Assembly (NCBI RefSeq): GCF_964204645.1
Contig: NC_134026.1
Location: forward strand, 25,516,150-25,580,149
Reading direction: 5' to 3'
Length of the DNA: 64,000 nt
DNA from: Tubulanus polymorphus
Taxonomy: Eukaryota > Animalia > Nemertea
Part shown: positions 55,582-64,000 of the stretch, one piece after another
Layout: each line of letters opens with the position of its first letter
How positions within the stretch are numbered: the stretch's first letter is position 1
Position numbers and translations under genes: made by a program
Notes under the pieces: generated by a model
The model's input: the letters and a program-made list of their open reading frames with translations, nothing else
What the model was told of the DNA's origin: nothing
The model's database searches: none

Positions 55582-56429
55582 CCGGCGCATCGTTCTTAGT
55601 CGCTGCTTTCCGCCGATTGTAAATGTCGACGAGTCATTCGAATTGCGCGTTTAAATCCGCGTTCGTCGTCGTCGTTGAGTTTGGATTTCTTTTCGAAATT
55701 GATTTATCGCTCGAGCGAAACAACGTCACCTTAATCATCGCGTTCGTTTAACCGCTGGCACTTGTAAAGTCGGCCATTATTTCAACGCGAATCAATGAAC
55801 CGGCAATTAAACTGTTAAGTTTGATCGTGATCATTGCAATGTCGACAACGCGTTCAACGAGATTAAATGGAATTTCAACGCGGTCGGTTAAAATTGAGAT
55901 TTGTCACGCCGACTGTTCAGTTGTCAGTGGATGATGATGTCACAGCGCACTCGCGCTGCGCCGAGGCGTTTTATCGTTGTAATCATTTGAAGAGAATTTG
56001 AAACGATTTAAAGGGGTTGCAGCGCGTCAGTTGATGGATAAACAGCGCCGTTAAAAATTGAATGGAATTGAAAAGAACGCCTGCAGTTACATCGTGCATT
56101 GATGGATTTGATATTTAAAATCCATTTAAAGGGGTTGCGTTGAATAAAGAAGTGCAAGAATATGCAGTATTTCAATGAATGCGATTGAAAGTGGCGATGT
56201 TTCATCGAGTCTTTATCTTGTTTCTCATGAAGTATTAATTCTTTTTAGGCCCAATTAATTACATTGACAAAAACAATTGAAGAATTATCAAAACCAACTA
56301 AAATCCAGGGAGGAGCATGTACATGTACATGTATATGTGTGAATTCTGTGTCAATGAGATTTTCTTCCAATTTCATTAGAAATGTGTATTCTATTCTAGA
56401 AATCCATCTCAAACTGCAGTGCAGTAATG

Positions 56430-56671
56430 CAGGCCCGTGGCGTGAGCAATATGTGGGTGGGTTCGTTTTTGACTTGGTTGGACCTGAAGGGGACGGTGGG
56501 CCATCTCTCAAATGAAACTTTAATGCTCAGATATGGCCTCTGGGCGATTTCCGGGAAGAATTTTACATATATGCATGTATTATGTTGTAGTGTAGTTCAG
56601 CTTAATATTTTCTTCCGATTTAAGAAATAAAAGCAGATTTTATGAGCTCCCCCCCCCCCCCAACAACGGGC
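56430..56671. mobile_element. hAT-like MITE with 8-bp TSD
   Basis: Starts CAGGCCCGT and ends (C)13-AACAACGGGC, a right TIR missing its last 3 bp. Flanked by the direct repeat CAGTAATG (56422-29, 56672-79). Confidence 0.65.
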
Positions 56672-57281
56672 CAGTAATGCTGCCATTACGATTCTAACAT
56701 AAAATCGGTTCTAAAATGAATACACGCAACTGCGGAAAATTGTTCAGAGCAGAAATGCCGAGTTTTTTTTCTCGAGACATTTCTTTGTATTTTCTATTCA
56801 CAGCCAGCGCCGTTCATCGTCTGCTATTGAAATAAGTTTAATTACGGGTAATGGTCACTTTGTGTTGCCATAGTAACCCCGATCTTCGATCTCAATTTGC
56901 TTGCAAGGTGTAAAAATAGCGGGACGTTGCATTTCTAAGATTGTCAACCGGGACGCACAGGCGATGACTGACCAGCAGACATAAAAATACCCGAAGATTT
57001 GAATTCGAGGAATGCGGCGCTTAATGATGACAAGAACGTAGACTAAATTGCCATTACTGACCGGGGTGACGTCTGATAAAGTGAAAATGAAGTAGTCCTC
57101 TAGGGTCACATAATGATTAGCGAGACAAACGGGATTGGAATAAGGTGCGATGATTTTCGGAAGGGACTTTCCGCTTACATAGTGAAAACAGTCCATTCTT
57201 AACAATGGAATTTAAATTCTATATTATTGAAATTGAAATTAAACATATTCTATAGACTTTATTGAATGGAATAAACACCAA

Positions 57282-57481
57282 GGGCTAGTTTTATAGACTA
57301 ATGTTAACTTAAAACCCAGGGTCCAGTCCCACAGTTCTGAGTTAAGATTTGACTCTGGGTTACAACATTGAAAATGAACTAACTTTAACTCAGAGTTAAC
57401 TCTAACTCACAACTGTGGAACTGGGTCCAGGGGATTCAATCAATTGAGTTAACCCTCAGTTTAAAATGAATACCAGGGCCC
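57282..57481. mobile_element. Older degenerate GGGC..GCCC MITE hosting the 57320 element
   Basis: Left GGGCTAGTTTTATAGACTAATGTTAACT vs right reverse complement GGGCCCTGGTATTCATTTTAAACTGAGGGTTAACT. Confidence 0.4.
57320..57427. mobile_element. PIF/Harbinger-like MITE, 108 bp
   Basis: 17-bp TIRs GGTCCAGTCCCACAGTT / AACTGTGGAACTGGGTC (14/17 match), CAG direct repeats at 57317-19 and 57428-30, internal GAGTTA/TAACTC symmetry, related partial copy at 41288. Confidence 0.8.
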
Positions 57482-60400
57482 AAATGATTAGAGCGGCAGT
57501 TCGACGACGAAACCTCAGATTTGAAAGGTCATTCCATATCCAATCAGACATTATGTGTATTGAATGCTTTCTTTCCGAGTAAACTCTGATTAACTTTACT
57601 GTTGAGGAATTAGATCTGTATTCATGAAATTACTTCTGTAATTAGATCTCGTCTCCACCCAGAGGTATCCATCCCTCTCTCCCTTTATAGTTGACGATGA
57701 TAAAAAGACGCGCGTCCAAGTAAACCATCGAATGTCCGCAACGCAATGCGATCATCAGTTATTGAATACTTCTATTTTTCACCACTAAATCCTCGCTATC
57801 GGCGAAATCCATTTCATCTCGGCGACAATTTCAAAGTTTCAAAGCACCTAAACTGACGTCCGAGAAAATCCCCAATTACTGAATCCCTTTAGTTTTTTTC
57901 CGGACCAAAACCGATCGCTGTCGGCGATATCATTTTGGTCGAGAGTATCATCTTGAATTTCTTCAAGCACTAATAACAATCGACTACGTTGTTTCTATTG
58001 TAAACTTGAAAGAACCTGACCAGTGTATAACACGGTTGCGGCCGGAAGGGACAAACTGACCATTGGTCAGTGATATTCAGCACCATGTGTCGAGCATGGA
58101 GACAAAGCACTTGATTTTGACCTTTTTTCATGATAGAAATATCTGTTGTGAATTGTAATCGAATCGGGCTTTAAAACTCGCCCTAGCCACTGACCGATGG
58201 TCAACAGAATATAATTGCTCTCCATGGCAGGCAGCTGCAGAAAAATGAGGTTAATAGTCATGAAGATGAGAATAACATTGAAATCATTACTAGAAATCAA
58301 GGCATTCTGACTGAGTTCATAGCGTTTCTAATAGCGTTGATAAAGTCTTTTTTCAAAACAATTTCCGTCGTAGTACTTCACTTCACTGCAATATCACATA
58401 CAAGCGTTTTTCAACTTTCAACATTTGATCCCGAGTCAGCGCCAATGAACTCGGTGTTCAGCGCTGTTTTCGAAAACCCGGATCACTTGACTGAGTTTGA
58501 AGTATCACTTGAAGCCCGGCAATATAAATTCAAACCCAATACATAACCGGCATAAATTTCCGATATTGAACTCGGCGGAGTGAAGTCAATTGACATCCAG
58601 TTACGCGAATAAACTATTAATAAAATGGAGAAGAAACTGAAGTCTTATTTATATGTGTATATATACATAGGAAATTGCATATAGTATGAATAGAGAAGTG
58701 AATATTAAAGACAGTTCAGTAGTTTTTGAGAGCAGTGATGGAGCCTTGACGTTTCAATTTGTGCAGTTTATGGAGTGCGGATTTTCAACCCATGAGAAAC
58801 TCGAAAATTTGGTCAATGAGAATCAACATGTCATTGTATAATGAATACTTAAATTCAGAATTTTTACATAAAATTGCATAAAAGCAAGAAATCGCAACTG
58901 CGAGCCAAGATTCAGTAGTCTTGAGACGGCGCATAATTTGTCTACTGACTGATGCCGCGATTGTATACATATCTTTCCAATGTTTGATTGATGGAAAAAT
59001 CGAGAAATCCGATTACAATTTACATGCTTTGACCGCAGTAGGCACGGCGCGAAAACATTAATACAAGAAAAAAACACTTTGAGAATTCATCCGCTCTCGA
59101 ATTACTTATCCACACGTCGTCACCGGCAGACCTCGAATTGATAATCTCGGTAATTTTCAGTTTATACAAAGAAAGCATCGAGAAAATATAAATAAAGTAG
59201 TTGCATAATGAATTAGTGCAGTGCATCGGCCTTGTGTTATCATGTTTTCTCAGAAAGGTCGTAGGTGCCACTTTCCGGGGATGGAAAATTGAATTATAAC
59301 ACAACACCCGGCTTTATATTCATTTTAGTCCAGTCACTGACTATGATAGATACACTGCGAGCAGCTATTATCAGCGAAATGAAAGCCGCAGACGAACAGA
59401 ATGAAGTTGTTCAGCGGTGTTTAAGAAAACATAGAAAATCGTCGTTGGAAATGTCAAAAGCCACATCATCTTATAGTTGAAAAATACTAAAAGAATCACA
59501 AATAGGAAACCAGTGAAAACCCGACAAAGGTTTGGCAAACAATGTTTACTCAATTATGTTATTTGGTGATTATTAACTCTCAATAGGTCAACATGAAATA
59601 TACGCTATAAGGAGCATTAAAACTGCGTGTTTCAGTGCAAAGAAGTGACTCTTGTGTTTTTTTCTTTCAAGAAATTTATTGCATTAATACATCTGTACAA
59701 TTGATTTAAGTACCTGCAATATAGTACTGTAACCACCCCCAACTGCACCGGGTAACACTGTTGACTTGTGTGAATGATGACATTGATATCACTGATGATC
59801 GTGTTTACGTTAAATATCACATATCTGATGCTACAAATCTGAGAAACTGAAAAGACACTGGGAAAAACAATTGGATGATACGAAACCTAACTAACAACCT
59901 GATCATGTACAACATTTCAACAACGCTAAGCATATGTATATAAAAAATTCTAGAGCAATTCTGATTGCAAAAAAATGATCTTTAAAATGAAAAGTAGTCT
60001 CTGTGTCTTGGAAAGTATGAGTTAGGTCTATACCATAAGGGTTTTATCTTTTCATATCAAAACACCAAAGTCACTCATTAAAAGCTTGTTTACAAAAAAC
60101 ATTGTTAAGTTATCCGAGGCATTTTCACTTACGGTACAAACTATTTTCTCAAAGTATCGAATTTGCATGAATATTTATGTAAATGATGAAGACCAACACC
60201 GTCTGAAAACTGCAATAACACCAGCGCTTCGAATGATTCACTTTAAATCGTACCAGTTTTAGTTGCGAAAACCGCAAAATGCAATGCGACGCGTTCGAGG
60301 AAAACATATTTCTGAAATTTCCAGTCGTAAAATGAGACGAGCATTTTTTCATCTCGAAAACAGGATGCCGCGACTACTACAACTACTTCATCTGTGAGAA

Positions 60401-60651
60401 TTAATTACATATTAACCTGAATCCATGAATTGAACGCTGGCTCGTACTTGTAGATCAGTGTAATTTTACTCTCATTACTTTCCTCTGTTCAAATTTACTG
60501 AGCCAAATAATTCCATGTGTATCTATCTGATACAACTAACGCTGGTACCAGCAGCACATGATTAATATTATACATAGTCATTAAAAAATGGGCTGAAATA
60601 ACATAATCGTTGTTTTTCCGTAACGGTTTGAAGGTGCAGTATTTTTTCACG

Positions 60652-60672
60652 CAGCAGCAGCAGCAGCAGCAG
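60652..60672. repeat. (CAG)7 microsatellite
   Basis: Seven perfect CAG units read directly. Confidence 0.9.
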
Positions 60673-61250
60673 AATTTCTCTTTAGTCGCTGATTTTCAAT
60701 TTCATAGAAGTGTTTACGCATGGACAGGAGTGTCAACAGAATCTTTCACCGTCACGTCCTACTTCGTGTCATATACAGCACCGATCATAATTTGAATAGA
60801 GCGATAAAAAAGAACGCGATTCTAATTTTCAGAATATTACGCTTTTTGCACCGAAACATAACATTCTGGCCATTGCTAAAATAATCGCCCATAAGAAGCG
60901 AAGCGAAATTCTTGCTGTCTTATGGGAAAAAGTATGGAGTATGGCTACACAGACCTCTCAGCACCGGGGATTAAGTATTACATGTCATAAGTACGTCTGA
61001 AATATTCACAAACTGTACAAGTCTGATCGAAATGTATTGCATTTAGCGAAGAAAAGACGAAAAAGCGCCAATCCATACTGAATTCAGTTGGTTCAATAGC
61101 TGCCTCTCATATTACCAACTGACCATCTATCGACATTGCAAAATGGTTTTTTTCCAGAGTGCCATGGCTGCGGAGATCTGTACACCAGTCCAATCCAGCC
61201 TCATATCAATTGAAGAGATTATGATCGTCGTTTGTCATTATATTTTTCAG

Positions 61251-61415
61251 CGATTCAGATTCCGTGGACGGAGAAAAAAACGCGATTGAATAGCACAGCG
61301 CAGTAAGCAATCATTACCAACACTCAAGAAGACTGTGTTGTTGTATAACTGAGACAACGCAGTGGCACAGTTGTACTGGACGCTCTGATGATTTACTGGC
61401 CCTCATAGTACCAAG
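61251..61415 (+). other. Candidate non-coding (5'UTR or lncRNA) exon
   Basis: Acceptor tatttttcag| ends at 61250 and a strong donor AAG|GTAAGA lies at 61415/61416. All three frames contain stops. Confidence 0.3.
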
Positions 61416-62899
61416 GTAAGAAATTTAATTTTTCTCTTTATTTCATAAACGGGGCATTTACTTTTTTGAATATCTCATTATATCATATATACAGGTAATA
61501 GTAAGAAAATTCAATGTTCTTTCGTGAATGTTGGTCGTTGAACAGAGATTCTTCCATTTTCGTGTGAAGCAGGGCATGACCGACTACTTAGTAGACTAGC
61601 CATCTGGGTCGTTCATAGCATACTTTTAATTAATGAGAATTAATTTCTGCATTTCGTTTAATTAATCACATTCCACTTCGTTTCAATTTCCAACCGGCAT
61701 CACTTTAAAGAACCGGTATAACAATGTAGAGGCATCGTCTCATTCACACGAAATTGATGGCCATCTTGACTGAAGCGTTCGAGTGTTTCTCATTATGCCG
61801 TTTCAATTCAAAATAGCCAACGAGACATGAAATTTCATGAATTCAGCCGGGCTCTTTTCCCATTGAGATAAACGAGCGCCTCGCATAAGAGGATCGGTCG
61901 CCATTATCAGCTAAAACATTTCACTGCGACATACTAGTCGTCATCGCATAATTATTTCATGATTAGACTTTAGACACTCTTGACCATGTTTCCTAATAGT
62001 AGGTTTTTTCGCGACGACGTTTTGTGCTCGCTAAATCGCGCAGTTTTAATTGTGGAAACGACGATCACAGAGAGCGCTCTTAGTCATCCTGCGACGCGTA
62101 CACGAGGAGTCCACGAAGTAATGGCCACTCCACGCCACCGCTACAATCTGTTACTTGTTACCATAGTTATCGCAGGTAGATGTCCACTTGTGCCCATCTA
62201 TTACAAAAACTAATAACTTCCACTTTATTCCAAATACTACGCGCGGTAGACATCGACAAATTACAATTCTTTACTATTTCGCACAAATTCGCACGATCTC
62301 TTCAATTGTGTACCTACGCTTACAAAAAAATAACTCTTTGAAAGCCCAATAAGTAGCCACTTAAACAATCTGTGCTTGAAATCTTACTTAAGCCGCTTGT
62401 TTGAACTTTTTGCACTAGATTAAATCAATGTTATCAAAACTGTATTTCATTGTAATTAAATTGAACTGAACTTTGGATAAACTCTTTGAGTAAATGAACA
62501 CCTATTGAAATTTCGATGTATATATGCCAACACAAAGGGCAGGACCCGGAAATGTCAAATCTGACAAAATTATACATGGTTTTAAGCTAAAATCAACCAT
62601 TCGGTTTTCATAATTACGGGGTGTGCCTGGCTAATGTGGATCGCTTTACTGCATTTTTGACATTTATCCCTCTCAATGCATAATCTCTAATACGCCGCTG
62701 CAACATCTATAATTTGGTTGAAAAACCATTGCAAGATTAATCAGCACAGCGATCAGCACGCAGCCAGAAGTATTAAACAATTAGTTCACCCTTAGATTAA
62801 TCATTCTGACGACTATCTCAATACGTAGCTCTACTCGATTCAAAAAGCATCACCAACCGAAAGCATAATCTATATAAAATAATGGAAAGAAAGATTTTA

Positions 62900-63135
62900 T
62901 TTGGATTTTTTTATAATGGCTATGAATAGGCCCCAGAATATTTCAAGGGGATCAAATTTCTTCTTAAAAGGGCCAGATCCATTAGATTTCTTAACGAACA
63001 ACCTAAGATATCTTTCTTCATTCATAAAAGGGTACCGTGGCCCAAAATGGTGTTCATTTGCAGCCCCTGACCCCCTTTGGAATGCCCATCCTATGGATGC
63101 TGAAACCAATGCGCCAGTAATCGCTGGGCCCCTTT
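62900..63135. mobile_element. Possible degraded repeat or MITE interior
   Basis: CpG-poor island with repeated GGCCC(C)/AGGG motifs unlike its flanks. No TIR or TSD resolved. Confidence 0.2.
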
Positions 63136-64000
63136 TCATTTCTTAGCGGGTGCTCCGATTGGACATTTTTAGACATAATCACAGTGGTATATCTTCGCTA
63201 TTAGCAAATAGAACATGGAATTCAAACAACGTCACTCGAGGTACTAAACATTTGTGAGTGCAAAAATAAATGCGTTTTACAAAAACCCTGTATTACATTT
63301 GCAAAGATTATGATATATTCAATAACTGCGGCTGCATCTAATGAGGCCATTCAATTCTCTGTCAAGAAAATTGTGGGGGTCCACAATTGTTCATCGTGTA
63401 TTAAAAATTCGCGTATTTCACCCGTGCACTTATATTAAACTTTATTCAGTTTCACGCGACGCCCGACCGGAAATAGCCACCAGTGAACTTTGTATAGCGA
63501 TAACAGCAATATTTTGTAACAATCTAAAAGGGTTTTTCAAAAAACTGTCACGCAAACTATTGACACGGTCGGTCGTCGTATATTTACTTGTTAATGATTT
63601 CCTTGGCCCCGAAATTGCTAAATCAGTGGTCATTACATCGAATGAAAATCATCGAGTATAATTAATGCACCGGGGTTCATTCTAGCAGTCATTAAATATA
63701 CCGTACATTTTCCTCCATAGCGAAAAACTGGTGCATATTCATTCTGCAGTACAGTTAAATGTCAATATTGGCGTCGTTTGAAAACATAGAATATCAACAG
63801 AAATTGTATCCACGGCCAGTCCTCGTGAAGACTCATAATTGTATGTAAGGCCTATCAATACTGATATGGAGTTAAGGCTTTCACATAGTCTATACTTATT
63901 GGTAATCATGATTGATTTGTAGCATTCGTAAGTCTAGTAGAAAACGAGGATTTCACCTATAATTGTCACCAAAGTTAACTATATTCAAGATATTTCAATG

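Noticed and set aside
1-64000. The 60-154 aa ORFs of the six-frame track as standalone genes
   Set aside because: They are short, overlap on both strands, often start at TTG/GTG, have non-coding-like composition and contain no recognisable domain, as expected by chance.

Overview
AT-rich (roughly 37-40% GC by eye), CpG-retaining eukaryotic DNA, most likely from an invertebrate animal. It looks like a large intronic/intergenic or 5' regulatory region. I recognise no protein family with confidence and see no rRNA, tRNA, CRISPR array or autonomous transposon; nearly all track ORFs look like chance ORFs. Supported features: several short non-autonomous DNA transposons (MITEs; PIF/Harbinger-like with CWG target duplications, hAT-like with an 8-bp duplication, pogo-like), one of them nested; diverged local duplications that keep homeodomain and other TF-like motifs while spacers drift (15.8-16.4 kb, 55.0-55.6 kb); window-wide enrichment of TGACCAC; (CAG)7 tracts; and weak candidate exons. 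The best exon is a minus-strand ATG-to-donor exon at 34718-34960 with an upstream TATA box. I found no convincing new biological system; the most interesting signals are regulatory-grammar duplications.
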